NCBI GenBank assembly: GCA_045837725.1
Contig: JBEWZL010000235.1
Location: 124,001 to 188,000, forward strand
Source: Vermamoeba vermiformis
Lineage: Eukaryota
Direction: 5' to 3'
DNA: 64,000 nucleotides
The notes under the pieces were generated by a model. It was given only the letters and a program-made list of their open reading frames with translations. It did not search any database and was not told the DNA's origin. The translations under genes and the position numbers were made by a program. Within the stretch, counting starts at the first letter, position 1. The number at the start of each line of letters is the position of its first letter. Positions 27,697 to 44,100 of this stretch are shown here, in pieces.

Positions 27697-27753
27697 TTTA
27701 GGTAACGAACAGTTCCGTTTATTTTTTGTTATTTATTATTACAACACACCACA

Positions 27754-29767
27754 ATGGCGACTGCTTCGCGCAATCCTTTGGCTGTTATGTCAGCCTCACA
27801 AATGAATGGTCGTCAATCCACTTCAGGCGCGGCACGCCGGATGTCGACCAAGCCCCCACCTCCACAAGCTGATCGACGCTTAACATTTGCTGCAAAGCCC
27901 AAAGAACAAAATAGAAATTCAATTGGACGCAGACAAACAATGGTCGCAAAGCCAAACACTGGCGCAGCTGTAGCTAATCGTCCTTCGATCGGCATGCGGT
28001 GAGTAATTTGTCTCGATAATTATGAGGACAGTATATTCATATATTATAAATTATTAGTCGTCAATCTACGGTATTTGGAGAGGTTGGCGGCAAGCCCGAT
28101 CCGAGAAACATCAAAGATAAAGCCACCATCCACCGCTACATTCAAGAATTGATTCGATACCTTACAACTAATGGCTTCGATCAATCTATTTCACCTAAAG
28201 TGCTCACAGCTCCATCGTCCAAGGATTTCTTCTACATCTTCAAGTTCTTGGTGAACCAGATCGATAATCATTTCGATTACAGCGCTAAGCCCGACGAAGA
28301 TGTGTGCATGATTTTCAAGTTGCTCAGGTATGTTTATTACGTCAATCGATTCCCTAGAATAGATTCGCTTACCGGCTCGTCTTTCAGATACCCCTTCGGC
28401 ATGTCCAAGAGATCACTGCTCTCTGTTGGTACTCCACACACTTGGCCCGCATTGCTCTCAGCTCTTGCTTGGTTCGTCGAGTTATTGAACGTAAGTCGTT
28501 TCTAGCGAAATGTTTTGTTCGTTCGGATCTAACTCTATTCTGCTAGTACAACCAAGTCGTATTGACCCTCGAAGAAGAAGAGCCCGATGACAAGTTGTTC
28601 TTCCGCTTCTGCTACCGCGCATACGAGCTGTTCTTGGCTGGTGCTAACGAGTTCCCTGTGCTCGAAGAAGAACTTGCCTCGAACTTCGCTGACAAGAACA
28701 AACAGTTGGCTGAAGAGACTGACATGTTGAAGAAACGCCATCAGGACAACTTGAACGAGATCGAGCGTCTCAAGACTGGTCCTCATCGCTTGAAGACTGT
28801 GCTCGAGAAGAAGATTATGTTCGAGCGCGACATTGAGAAGTTCAAGTCTCTGATTGGTCAGCTCGAAGTGCGTCAAGGCAGCTTGGACAAGAAGTTGCTC
28901 GACATCACCAAGGCCGTGAGCACTGCTGAACAAGAACTCGAAGCTGCTCAGCGTGAAAAAGTTCAACTCGAGCAAGCCCTGGCCCAACAGGAGCTGAACA
29001 AAGTTGATGCTGAAAAGATCAACAAGGAACGCTCACAGCTCGAGGAAGGTCTCAGAATGGTCCACGCTCAACAAGAAGAGCTCAAGAAGGCCATCTGGAG
29101 TAAGGAACTCGAGCTCTCTCGCGTCTACGAAGATGCCTCAACTAGCGTCAAGGAGTACAACAGCCGCGCCACTGACATTGGCCTCATTCCCTCCACTTCA
29201 AAACGCGCTCACGGCATCTCTTACGAGATCAAGTTTGAGCCTCACGATGGCGAACACATGCTCTCCAAGGACGTCAAGCGCGACATCAAGCCTCACTTCG
29301 AGTCGCTCTTGTCTACTTTGCGTGCCAAGCTTGAGACCCGTCAGTTCCAAGAGATGGATCTCCAAGACAAATTGACTACCTTGCAAGAGACCTATCAAGA
29401 CAAGTGCAACTCGAACAAGAGGCTTCAAACCGAGTTGAAGAATACAGAGTTGCTCTACAGCGGTCAACGCGAGAGTTTGGAGAGCCAGTCCCGCTTGAAG
29501 GAGTCTCAGATCAGCTCGCTCAAGGACGAGACACGCACCGTCAAGCAACAGGCGCAACACGAACTCGTTCAGAGCACAGCCCTGCTGGACACTACGCAAA
29601 AACAACTTGAAATCACTCGCCAACAAGTCCACCAAGAGCGCGAAGATATCAAGACGAACATTACAATGATGGTTGAAATGCTCGCCAATCACAAGCAACA
29701 CGTTGAAGATCGTCTCAAGGAGTTGCAACAGTTCTACACCGAGCAGTACAATGCTTTGCAAATGTAA
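27754..29767 (+). CDS. NDC80: Kinetochore protein Ndc80/Hec1
   Basis: Basic N-tail, DPRNIKDK, CH domain (LTAPSSKDFFYIFKFL, LRYPF, VGTPHTWPALLSALAW), long coiled coil. Confidence 0.92.
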
Positions 29768-29955
29768 CATAATACCTGATTGTAATGCGATGTTTTTGTA
29801 TAGAGAGGCCATTCTGGAGCTGTAAGGGCAACGGAATAAGGTCATTATTGTATAATAAATTAAATTATTTGATTTCTATGGAACCACATACCGCTATATT
29901 TAACTAAACTTTACTTTCGAATACATTTAAGTCGTCGAGTTCAAAAAGGAATATA

Positions 29956-32880
<2,925 letters not shown>

Positions 32881-32949
32881 TTATTTATGCAATATAAACG
32901 ATCTAGCAGTGCATTCGTTCGTGTTAAGAGGCAACTGAAAAGAACAAAA

Positions 32950-32981
32950 TTCAAATCGCCACTGCTCTTTTGCGCGCGAAA
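32950..32981. promoter_or_regulatory. E2F site and CHR-like hexamer in the MCM6 / F-box bidirectional promoter
   Basis: GCGCGAAA (reverse TTTCGCGC) at 32974-32981 and TTCAAA at 32950-32955. Confidence 0.5.
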
Positions 32982-33038
32982 ACGCGGGCAAACCTTTTTT
33001 GCCTTTCTGAAGCTTTCAAAGGTCATTAGTTAGCCAAG

Positions 33039-36000
33039 ATGAGTAACAATACTAAAAAAAGGAAGCGTGAAGAGCCTTTGAAGGTCCAACAAGTCATTAA
33101 AAAGGCGAAGTCTTTCGGATTTCAAACCCATTCACCGGCTGCTCCGTAAGTACTCGTTTCCCAGCATTATATTTACCTGATGTTAGCTAAATGAATTGAA
33201 GAAAGAAATCAGTTCGGCCTGCTGAAGATCCTTACATGGAGATGGTAATTTATTTAATTTCTCGATTTGCATTGACTTTTCTTTTAATTCAGAGCGGTGT
33301 ATTCATGCCCACTGAACTGATTGTTGAAATATTCAAAATTGTAGCGAAGAATGCCATCTCAGATTTGCTCAAAATGGTGTTAGTATCGAGATCTTGGTTT
33401 GGTTTTGTCAAGTTGACCATTCCTCGACTCAACTCCGTCAGTTTTCATAACTTCAAGCATTTCTATGATGAAAGGTACGACATTATGGCAATTTGATATC
33501 ACTAATACGTATCAGACTATTACGCTCGTTGCGGCAAATTGAGTACTTAGATCTGCGCGACTGTCCAGTGAGCAACACTGCTCTATGTGCTTTGAATATG
33601 AACTACTTGACACACTTGAATATGCACGGCGTAGCTCAAGCAGCGCTGTATTTAGCGCAGTCGATCGTGAACCGAGAAGTGGTAGCCTTGGAGTAAGTTC
33701 ATAATGACGTCATGATGTCATTGCCGCTAATCGCGCACAGAGCACTCGATGTGTCGTACAGTCCCAGCACCAAGGAGGCCCACATCAGACTGCTCACTGA
33801 AAACTCGAAATTGCAAGGCCTGACACGGCTCTCTATCGCCCCTTGTGCCGAGGCTTGTTCACTGCGCTATTTAACTCGCCTGCGCTCACTAGAGATTGGT
33901 CCAGCACGCTACATTAGTGCCCATGACCTCGCACCTTCATTGACACAGCTCACGATTAGCACGCGCAACATACTAGTGTTGACTCATTTGACGTTGCTGC
34001 AGTCCCTCACACTGCACGCTAACACACGTAAGTCATTTAAACAACAATTTATTTACAAAGAATCACGTGCTCATCTTACTGATCACGTGACTCGTGCTTG
34101 AGTTTCCATCGCGCCAAAGTCGCACGATGAATGCCGAATGTTCGTTCAATGTCGCATGTACGAGCTTCAGGGTGTTCAAGTTCATAGCGCTGTATGGTCG
34201 CAAACTAATGCAATGTTAGTATTACTAAATATGGTAATCAATCATGAGACATACTAGAGCAGCAGTCATCTTGGTATATTGATTCTTAGATGACACGCGC
34301 GGTATCCGTCGCATCTTGTGGTCACCTTCAGCGACTCGACGCTTTTTGAGTTGCGTCATAGTATTCATTATGCGACCAGTGCGCATCTTGGAGCAGAAGT
34401 TAACGGTGAACTTGTGTGCGTAATCTGACAGTAATGAGTCAGTGCTGTTTAAGGTTAGCTTCATGAAGGTGACATACCTGGATACCGCTGCTGATACACG
34501 TCAATCAGCTCTTTATAACTATACTCGTCGGACATGAGGTCATTATAAAACTCGCGACCTATTGTCTCGCGAAACTCAGCCCGCGACAATTTCTTGGTGA
34601 TGACGCCATCGCTGTCAATGGATGAGTCCAACTCTGACTCTTCGTCCATACTGGCTGTATCTCTGTTGTAATGATAAGAACTAGCTCAACGTGATCAAAC
34701 ATGCATACACATACATTTGACTTATCATGCTCTGGTCGGAGGTGGATGGAGTGATTTCATCCGTATTGAGCTGCCAATCAGGCCAAACAGACTAATAGAG
34801 ACACGCTTTAATATGGCCCTTAACTTTATTTATATGCGTAACTGCTTACGAATTCAACGAAGTAGTCGAGTGACTCGTTTGACATGCAAAACACTTGATT
34901 TTCCATATTTAGCAGCGTTGTTCATCAGAAGTGATGTTCACTGCACGTTCGTTGCTTCTCAAATGACGCAACAGGTGTTTGTTTTTAACTATTCTCGGCC
35001 GACCAAAAAGCTGTTCATTTCGTTCGTTTGAAATTCCAACAAAGACAAAAATCAGCGCGCACAAAATGAACAGAACAAGATAAATCTGACCAATCAGCGC
35101 ACTGCACGATTAGTTCTGACCAATCACAACACAAACACACTTTTTCGACCGAGCAACGCTAATACATTGCACTACAGAAGAAGCCGTGGATCTGACCTGC
35201 TTCCCTCGCCTTAGAGCAGTAACGCTAAGCGGTGAGGCACGTATTATGCCCAATTGGCCAGTCCACATCAAACAACTGCATTTGATTGAAGGCAACAAAA
35301 TGTAACAAACTGACTTAGGTCCCATGTTCAATTTTATTAATTTTATTATTAAGCTCGGATAAGACTCTTAAGTCCATTCTTGAGACCTGCGCAGACTTAC
35401 AATCGTTAAGTGTAAGACTTAGCGATACTGGTAACCCGTCATATTCCATTGTCAGTACGAAGTTGACAGAGCTTCACATCCATGAGCCAAGCAACGCACT
35501 TATGAACAAGGCGAGTCTTTGTTTTTGAATCATGAATTGTTCAATCAATGTGCTAATCAAACGAACAGATCTTTCTTTGTTGCACAGCGCTGCGTGTATT
35601 AAATTGTGCACATTGGTCCGGACAGCTCGATGCAAGACCGTGGCGTCGATCCCTCACCGCACTGCATCTCTGTCACGTGGGCAATAGAACTGCGCGCAGT
35701 CTGCTGTCACATTGCAACACAACATTGCAATCGATGGAGCTCAGTCACGTGACATTCACCGAGTCCGTGCATGTAGATCTTTATAAGTTTGACAGAAGTT
35801 TAACACGCGTCAAGTGTCAACACTCAACAGTACCACGTGTCTTTGATTGGCTGAAGAGATGCACGGCACTAGAACAGCTCGAGCTGACTGCTGTCAAACA
35901 CGTGACTGCAACGAATGACACGTGTCCAAAGCTGTCCTGGCCCCGCATGACCAGTCTCATCGCACAAAAGCTTTCAATCGGTGTGCGCGCACTCATTGCC

Positions 36001-36276
36001 GACACTCCACTGCTGCGTCACTTGGTGCTGCGTGACTGCAAGCTGTTGGATGACACGCACCTTGACGCCATGGCCGCGCAAGCTTGGATTGGACGCGTGT
36101 CACATCTGGTGCTGAGTCCCACGCTGTTCACTGAATCAGCTGTCAGCACACTGCTCACCAAAGCGCAAAGACTGCTGCAGTTTGAGTGCACACGCGCAGT
36201 GTTCAGCGACGAGTTCTGGGCCCTCGTTGCTCGTCGCACTCACCTCCGCATTACATTCATTGATCACCCGTGTTAG
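33039..36276 (+). CDS. F-box/LRR protein (one gene spanning a 1150-nt intron)
   Basis: F-box MPTELIVEIFK...LVSRSW, then LRRs. Phase-1 donor 34028 joins phase-1 acceptor 35177 (LTLHANT-Q-EAVDLTCFPRLRAVTL). GC-AG intron 35511-35568. Stop 36276. Confidence 0.72.
34076..34885 (-). CDS. Nested antisense gene, 198 aa, C-terminal helix-turn-helix (CENP-B/Pipsqueak/Brinker-like)
   Basis: Exons 34885-34850, 34791-34715, 34662-34478, 34424-34255, 34204-34076 join in frame through four GT-AG introns. Last exon encodes ARTCDIERTFGIHRATLARWK. Confidence 0.8.
35027..35126. promoter_or_regulatory. Intronic promoter candidate for the nested HTH gene: CHR-like TTTGAA plus twin CCAAT boxes
   Basis: TTTGAA at 35027-35032; identical TCTGACCAATCA at 35085-35096 and 35115-35126 (30-bp spacing). 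Confidence 0.55.
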
Positions 36277-36368
36277 TACGCTTGCCTTATTTGGAATAAA
36301 ATCACGTGCTTGAAAAACTCACCAAAATTTACACGAGTCGCTGGTAATTTACTAACCACATTACGAGA

Positions 36369-37465
36369 ATGCAAGCCACGCACGAGAAATTGCCGAATGG
36401 TATTCGTATTGCAGGGTGGACTATCACCTTGGAGAAGAAACCGATCTTGAACAGCGCAGAGTTTGACCAGTATGAAAATTAAAAATAATTAATAATAATT
36501 ACGATCATGTAACTAACAGCACTAATAATTAGATGGTCTGAAAAATTAGGCATTCCGAAGTTGCCCGACATGTTGTTCGGCAATAACAAATTTGAGCTGA
36601 AGCACGACGCTACCGGATTTGTTTATTCATTTAATGCCTATGATGCGCTGCAACAAATCGCAGATAAAGCAGATATTAACGTTTCATATGGCGATGAGTG
36701 GCTAAAGAAGTAAGACCCGATCTCAAACCAGCGTCGCTCAGCACGCGTAATAATACTAATATCAATGCTAGGAACTCAGAAGTGATGGAAGCACTCAAAG
36801 CAAAACAAGTGCAGCACTTTGATTGGACGTACACGACCAGATACAGCGGCACTATTGACACCCAACACTTGCTCGTGCCTGTCGATGTATGTGCAGCAAT
36901 TATATTAGATGTGTATTTAATTGTAGAATTGTAGCAAGAGAAATTTGGTGTGCCACATCCAACGCAAGACAAACTCGACTTGGCACGATTAAGGAGACAA
37001 GATCCAATCATTTTACTCGAAGAGCAAGTGCTATATGAAGACGAGCTAGCAGATAATGGATCATCGAAGGTGGAAGTCAAGATCGTACGTTATATTAACT
37101 ACTTGCCTGGATTCGAGCTCCAAAAAATTAACGTTTCACTAGCGCGTGATGCCAACCTTCTGGTTCGTATTAATGCGCTTCTATCTGCGCGTTGATCACG
37201 TAGTGTTTCGTATTCATGACGTACGCCTCTTCTTTGACTACAACAAGCCTGATTCGATCTTGCGCGAACAACAGTGGCGTGAAGTGCCCTATAAGAGCTT
37301 GGCAACGGTAAGTAACATAGCAACAATATGAATACATCTAATGATAACATTTAGCTGCTGGCCTCTGAGCCCAAGTCATTGTTGGACGGCAATATTGTCG
37401 CATCTATGATGCCGCTTGGCAAACAGCTCACTGAACGTATTCCTCTTGTGCCCAAGCAATCTTAA
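36369..37465 (+). CDS. TIPRL: TIP41/TIPRL PP2A regulator
   Basis: LPDMLFGNN, FNAYDAL, FDWTYTTRYSGT, LYEDELADNG, RVMPTFWFVLMRFYLRVDHV. Confidence 0.93.
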
Positions 37466-37757
37466 TGATATTATATACTGTATAGAGAATGACTAGGTGC
37501 TCAACCTGACTTGTAAATAAAATTTCGAATGGTTTGTAGCGGATGAGAATTCGCGGCTTGGTCAAACTGTTTCTTCTTCCACGTAGCAGCAACAGTAACT
37601 ATTCTTATTCATATAAACAAACCAGGAATTTCATAGCGGGAACGGCAATAGCTCCAGCGCGAAAGGTCTTTAGGGAAATATCGGCCACGTGCTGCGTGCG
37701 TTAAAAGGGGTGGCAAAAATAGTTTACTATTAATAACCTTTGAACTAAGCGACCACA

Positions 37758-39331
37758 ATGCTTAAATATAAATATGTGCCTCAGAGGGGGCTCGAGAATC
37801 TCAGCAAATATCACTACAGTGGCGTAGACAAATCCATTCTCGCGAAATACATTCTGCAGCCATTTTGGACTCGCGCAGTAAATTTATTGCCCACATGGAT
37901 GGCGTAAGTATAATGTGCTTCATATGATGCTCTTGATCATGTTATCGAGTGTTTTTTCTGCTGTAACGCCTTAATTTAATATTTATATCAAGATTACAAA
38001 TATAATTACTATCAATACAAATCAGTACTGTATTGTTATATGTTAATATCAAAAATGATTCACTCGATTTTAAATTGATTGGCAATATTTAGACCGAATC
38101 TGGTGACCTTACTCGGCTTCTTTGGAGTAATTATCGCTTACCTCGTACTAGTCATATATTACTCGCCTGATTTATATCAACCTGCTCCTGGTTGGGCCTA
38201 TCTGCTCGCTGCTGCTTCAATTTTCTTTTACCAAACAATGGATGCGCTCGACGGCAAGCAGGCTCGTCGTACTGGTATGTGGACTCAAAGATCATATAAG
38301 AGACAATGCTAACAACCACTAGGCACCTCATCTCCGCTCGGTGAACTCTTTGACCACGGATGCGATGCTTTGAACACTACAGTACGTGTGACTCACCCGC
38401 CCTATTGTCGTTATATATGCCTCTAATTCCTCGAAATTTCAGCTCGCCACACTGACAGCTGGAGTGCCTCTGCGCACAGGACCAGGCTGGCTGTCATACG
38501 CCTCGTTGCTCAGCTTGTTAGTGCCGTTCTACATGACGCAGTGGGAGGAGTACTACAGCGGCAGTCTCTATTTGGGACCTATTAACGTCACTGAGGGCCA
38601 GGTCATGTCGATGATCATTCACATCCTCGCCTACATCTACGGCCCAGACTTCTTCTTGACCGAGTTCAAGCTCTTCGGCTACACGCTGCAGTACAATCAA
38701 GTCGTGCTCGCTGTCATCGTGTTGACAGGTGTCACCACCACACTCAACAGGTACGTCCTGACCTCGCTGTGACACGTGTCAAACTGCGTCACTAACCACT
38801 CGCAGCGTGTTCTCAGTGCTCAAGATGATGAAGCGAGGCAAAGTCATGCTGCTGCTGTACAGTGCCGTGCGCAATGCCGTGCCCCTCATCTCGCTGATGA
38901 CACTTGCCGTGGTCTGGCCGCTCTACTCGCCACTCAACTTGCCGTATGAACACCCGCAACTGCTCTTCCTCACTGTGGGTCTGTTGCTCGCCAATCTCGT
39001 CGGTCGCATTGTGGTGGCACGTGTGTGTCAGTTGAATGTCGATGTGTTCTACTACATCATGGTGCCATTCGCTGTCGTCACTGCCCACTCTGTCTTCTTC
39101 AAGGGGTACGTGCAGACTCGTGCTTGACACGTGTCATTCATCGATGAACTAACCGCCATTTGCAGCTCGTTGTTCAACGAGTACTACTTCCTCGTTGGTT
39201 ACTGCGCATTCACATTCGTCGCGTACATGCACTTCGCACTGAACATCATCGACGAGATGTGCACGCACCTCAAGATCCGCTGCTTGCACATTCCTTATCC
39301 GAATCAAGCGACTAAAGCACGCAAAGACTAA
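37758..39331 (+). CDS. CEPT1: Choline/ethanolamine phosphotransferase
   Basis: YHYSGVDKSIL, PTWMAPNLVTL, CDP-alcohol motif [34 protein letters not shown]. Confidence 0.92.
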
Positions 39332-39394
39332 TGTGTTTTTAACTATACACAATAATACAAACGATTTATATAACACAGTTACTATAAGACATGT

Positions 39395-42031
39395 TTAATT
39401 CACAATTTCTGTTTTTCGCCTGCGCACTTTGAACTCAGGCTCCTCTTCCGCGTCACTGGCATATTCAAACGAGTCATCGCTGCTCGCAGAGTCACTGTTC
39501 ACTCGCTTGGCTTTGCCTTTGCGTTGTGGCTTGTCAGGCTCAGCTTTGATGGGCACTCGTTGCCGCACCACGACGTGGACCTCGTGCTTCACTTTGGCAG
39601 ACACTTGCTCGGGCGAGGACTTGACTTTGACTGGCACACTCTTCGGCACTTCCAATCGGCGCGGTATCTCGACTTTGCGACGTTTGTTTACGACCCATTG
39701 ATTGGCATCGAGCAGGTGTTGAATGTCATTCAGTGTGACACGTGACTTGTGGCCGCCACACAGATAGAGCTGATTGTCTTCAATCTTGAAGCTGAGATCT
39801 TGCAACATGTTGCTGAACTCGTCGTCTGCTTCATCGCGCAAATAGGCCTCGAACAGTGCATCGAACTGTTTGTTGTGTTGCAGCACGGCACTGAGCTGCG
39901 TTTGAGCCTCGCACAACAGTGTTTCACGAATGCTTCGTTTGCTGCGAATGAGAATGCCTTTTTTGGTCAGTTCCATCACGCGTTCTGCTTCACGAATGCC
40001 GCTCTCATAAGCACCAGCCACTAGTCACAACATTAATACGAGCACCTGTGCATATATATTCACTCCGCTTACCAGTGGCAGGGTGCTCTCGATTGGTGTG
40101 TTCACCAGCGAAGAAGATCAAGTCCTCGTGCGGCTCAGCGAGCACATCGTAGTCCTCGCCCGAGGCATCGACACTCACATAGGTGTACGAGCCGAAGATC
40201 CAGGGCTTGGTGGACCACCTATTCATGTGACACGTGTCAATCACTGAACTCTATCGTTGCATAGCACGTGACATTACCTAGTCAGCTTGTAGCCGGTGAT
40301 CTCAGAGACCGGGCCGTAGATCTTCGACAAGTGCGCGCAGAGTGAGAGCACTGCTGCCTCATCCGTGAGCTTCTCAGTCTCTTGTGCGGCACGACCAGCG
40401 ATGAATGCCATGAGCACCGGCACCTTCTTCATCTTGTAGAGATTGACGACAATGTAGAACAGGCCCTGCGAGGGTGACACGAGCATAATGTAGTCCTTGT
40501 CAATGTCCTTGGTCCAGAACACGGATTTGAACGAGATGAACATCTTGTTGAACACGCCAAAGCCGAGTCGTTTGATCGATTTGACTTTGCGCTCCGTCAA
40601 CGGCGGGTCAAAAGTGATCAAGCTAAGAGCGGTGAGTGTCGGACATAGTATTATATAAAGTAGACAGTAGAATAGCAGTACGTACTTGCGCTTGAGCACA
40701 CCGAGTGAAGACGTCACAATGACAGCGTCAAATGCAGGTTTGAGTGCCTGTGCCACACGCCGCTGTTCGTGCTCGGAGACCTCCGCGGTGAATTCATACG
40801 ACACGCGCACGCAATCAGTGTCCTCGTCTTCAATGCGCTCGAGCTTGGTGACTGCCACGTTGTAGTGCACGTGCGACACTGGTCGGAACTTGAAGAACTG
40901 ATTGTAGCCGTCAATCAGCATCACGTGATCACCGCCGAATTCGTGACTAAATATAGCAATGAGTACTATTGACCAAATAAGGTAATATGTCTCTTGACTC
41001 ACGGGTCATCTTGGTCCCAGTGGTGCAGTGACAGGTTGCTGACAGGGGCCGAGCACGGTGCTTCAATGTTGGCCACGTGCCACATGAACACTTGACGTCG
41101 GAGATCCTCCGAGATTGTGGTCTTATTGTTCCGCGCGCCATTCGAATTCGAGCGCGGTCTGTCCTGCACCACCGCACTGTAGAGCTGTCGCAGCACGGAC
41201 GAGGACTTGTGCGTCGAGTCCAAGTAGTACTTGATGCCCTGCTCGAGGGACCAGTTGGTGGTGTCGGGAATTTCCGAGAATGTTTTGAGCTTGACTTTCT
41301 TGTCGTCACTCGGCACCTCGCTGCTGGCACTCACCTCGCGCTCTTCAGCACGCACTTGACGCTTGAAGTGTCCACCACGCCGTCGCTTGCCGTGCTCACC
41401 ACTCGCGCGCTGCACGCCATTGCGCTCACGGATCCAATCGAGCATGTCCAGCATCTGATTGAACTCCTTGGTCACGCTCTTGTCCAGCACTGGATCCACT
41501 GCTGTCCCGTGCTCGTCGTACATGGAGTAGCCGTCAGGGTCCGGACTGTACGTCATGGACTCGTCGAACATGTCTGCCACGGGATTGCCGAGGGTGCCGT
41601 GGATGAAACTCGCGCCCTCGTCGATCACCGTGCCACAGAACGGCGTGGAGCGCACACGACCCCCTGTGTGACACGTGTCAATCACCGTCACGTGGCGTGT
41701 GGATGCAGTACGTACCATAACGTTCTTGCGCATCGACTACCACCACAGAATAGCCCTCTTCTTCGAGCGTGGAGGCAGCAGCACATCCACTCGCACCGTA
41801 GCCGATCACGAGCACGCGAGGTTTGACGTCTTTCTTGCACCGCTCATCGATTTGTTGCTTTACCTTCATGAGCTTGGCAATATTGTCTGTAGTATAATGA
41901 GTGATCATTAGCACCAGTCGCGCTAGATCGCGTTAACGAATGTCCTTCGTACCGAGCCCGTCAGCGGCGAGGACTTGCGATGATATTAGCCATCGCCCAT
42001 TATGAGATGACAATAGCTCTTTGTTGTCCAT
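39395..42031 (-). CDS. Flavin amine oxidase, LSD1/KDM1-like catalytic domain
   Basis: VLVIGYGASG...GGRVRS FAD fold, GASFIHG, LSLHHWDQDDPHEFGGDH, LGFGVFNK, GSYTY, FAGEHTNREHPATVAGAYESGIREA. Confidence 0.85.
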
Positions 42032-42415
42032 TTAACTAATGATTCAAATTGAAATTAGTCCAGGAAATTCATGAATGAAATTGTCAAATAATTAAAAAAT
42101 GCGATAATGTAATAACTTAAAATAGCGATTTTAATTGTTAATAAATTGCGAGAATATTATCCTAAAAATATATTAAGAATTTCCGGAAAGAACATCACAA
42201 GATCCAACGATCGCGAACTTCCAACTGACTTACGTATTTCTTAGGCGTTCTCCGACTGAGAATTGAATACTAAGAAATATATATTGAATTGCAGAGTGGC
42301 ATGCGGAGTGTTATTGTAAACGGCGCGATGATAAAATACGGCGACACGACAATTGCGATAGTTATTCGTGAGAAATACACAAACAACAGCCCTGTGGTCA
42401 ATATTATAACGCAAG

Positions 42416-43207
42416 ATGGACGATTTGCCGCAAGATATAAAAGAGACACTAGCGCAGTTCGATGACTCGATTGGCAAGCTTGAAACTGCCTTGGATCCGC
42501 TCTTCAAAACTAAATTGGCAGAGGTTTCCGAGAGATTAGAACCGCAAGATAATGCTAAATTAAATATCTTATATGCTTACGCAATCAATACATTATTCTA
42601 CAGTAAGTATTTTGGATCTCGATCGCATCTCAATATATTAATTTGTTTCGAAATAAATTACTAATATTTTAAATAGTGTTTTTGAAGACACAAGGCGTAT
42701 CTCCCAACGATCATCCAGTTAAAGCAGAGCTTGTAAGTCCAACAATGCTTTAGATCCGCACCGTTTAACCACAAACAGGACCGCGTACGCAATTACATTA
42801 AGAAATTGAAGGACTTGTCGAGCAAGAAAGAAGATGGTAATTGATCTAATCATTATGAATGAGGACTTGAATAACGGTCAATTCTGACAGGCCCCACGAT
42901 GAAAGTGGATGTGCAAGCCAGTGCGCGCATGATCAACCACGCGATTCAGTCACCGAGTAATGCTCTACACTATATCTAATTGATGCAATGACTCACCGCT
43001 GTTCTAGAGCCCACGAAAGAAGACACTCGTCCCAGCAGTGCGAGCAAGAAGCGCAAGTCCCCCGAGAAGGTGGAGAATGAGAGCGATGAGGCGCAGTCCC
43101 CCAACAAGAAGCGCAAATCTCCCGCGGCAGATCACAGCACTCCGCAGCGCACTGTGCTCGGTGGTCCGCAGAAGAGCACGCCTGGCTCGCACAAGAAGAA
43201 GAAATAG
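42416..43207 (+). CDS. C1D: C1D/Rrp47 nuclear exosome cofactor (Sas10/C1D family)
   Basis: AKLNILYAYAINTLFY-FLKTQGVSPNDHPVKAELDRVRNYIKKLK, MKVDVQASARMI, basic tail. Confidence 0.88.
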
Positions 43208-43305
43208 ACAGCTCAATCAGTGCACATCTTGTATATAGTCCAATCCAATTGTCGCATAACAGCTGTTTATATGAATCCAGTACGCGAAATAAAGCTACAT
43301 TAGTC

Positions 43306-44000
43306 TCACTGCTCGCGCATCAACAGCGCTGCATCCAACAACTGATTGTAGCCCAGCTTATCAACAACTACTTCAGGATAAAGATCGCGATTATGGTGCA
43401 GTACTACTGAGTCGCTTTGCACCAACAGCAGTCTTTCAGCGTGCAGCGCTCGATACACATCTTCAGTGCGATCGAGTCCTTCGTCTATGAACAGCACTTC
43501 CGAATATTAGGACAATTCTATTGGCTGTAATGGATTACCTCTGTCAACACTATTGGATATTCTAGGTGCTGCTCCTATATCACTGGCTATCGTTGTCGGC
43601 ATTTGTACCGGAATTGGATCGAGTTGTTTGGGCTCTTCTTTTATCTGCTCGACCGCTGACTCATCTGACTTGGTGGTTAGAGATTTATTCGATGCTCTTG
43701 ACGTCAGCAGCAAGTAATCTTTGGACATGTAGGCCTCAGATTTGTCCAAGCTAGGAGGATCTGGCGCTTCTCCCTCAGCTGCGTGAGTTGTAAAGTTCTG
43801 AAATACGGCCTCGTTGATACGCTTAGGGATATTTGTTCCGTAGTCTCCTTTTTTCTTCTCGAAATATTCATGTTGTCGCATTGCTTTGTCCCGCTTAGCA
43901 ATCTTGACTTTTTGACTGTGTAAGGCCAGTTAATTAGTGACATGAAGCCCTTGGCAACAAACTTGACCTACATCGAGCCTCCAGTCCAGCGACGACGCAT
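43306..44000 (-). CDS. Hypothetical protein with REDIC1/C12orf40-like N-terminal motif
   Basis: Hand-spliced N-terminus MRRRWTGGSIQKVKIAKRDKAMRQHEYFEKKK resembles the WxGG...QxxYF motif recalled from C12orf40/REDIC1. Confidence 0.5.
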
Positions 44001-44100
44001 CCTCAGTTGTTGTGTCTCGTTTGTGTACTGGCACAAAATGCGCGTTTCTTGCGCCAATCAAAATTCGCAGAAAATCAAACAGATCACCATGCCTGCTTAG

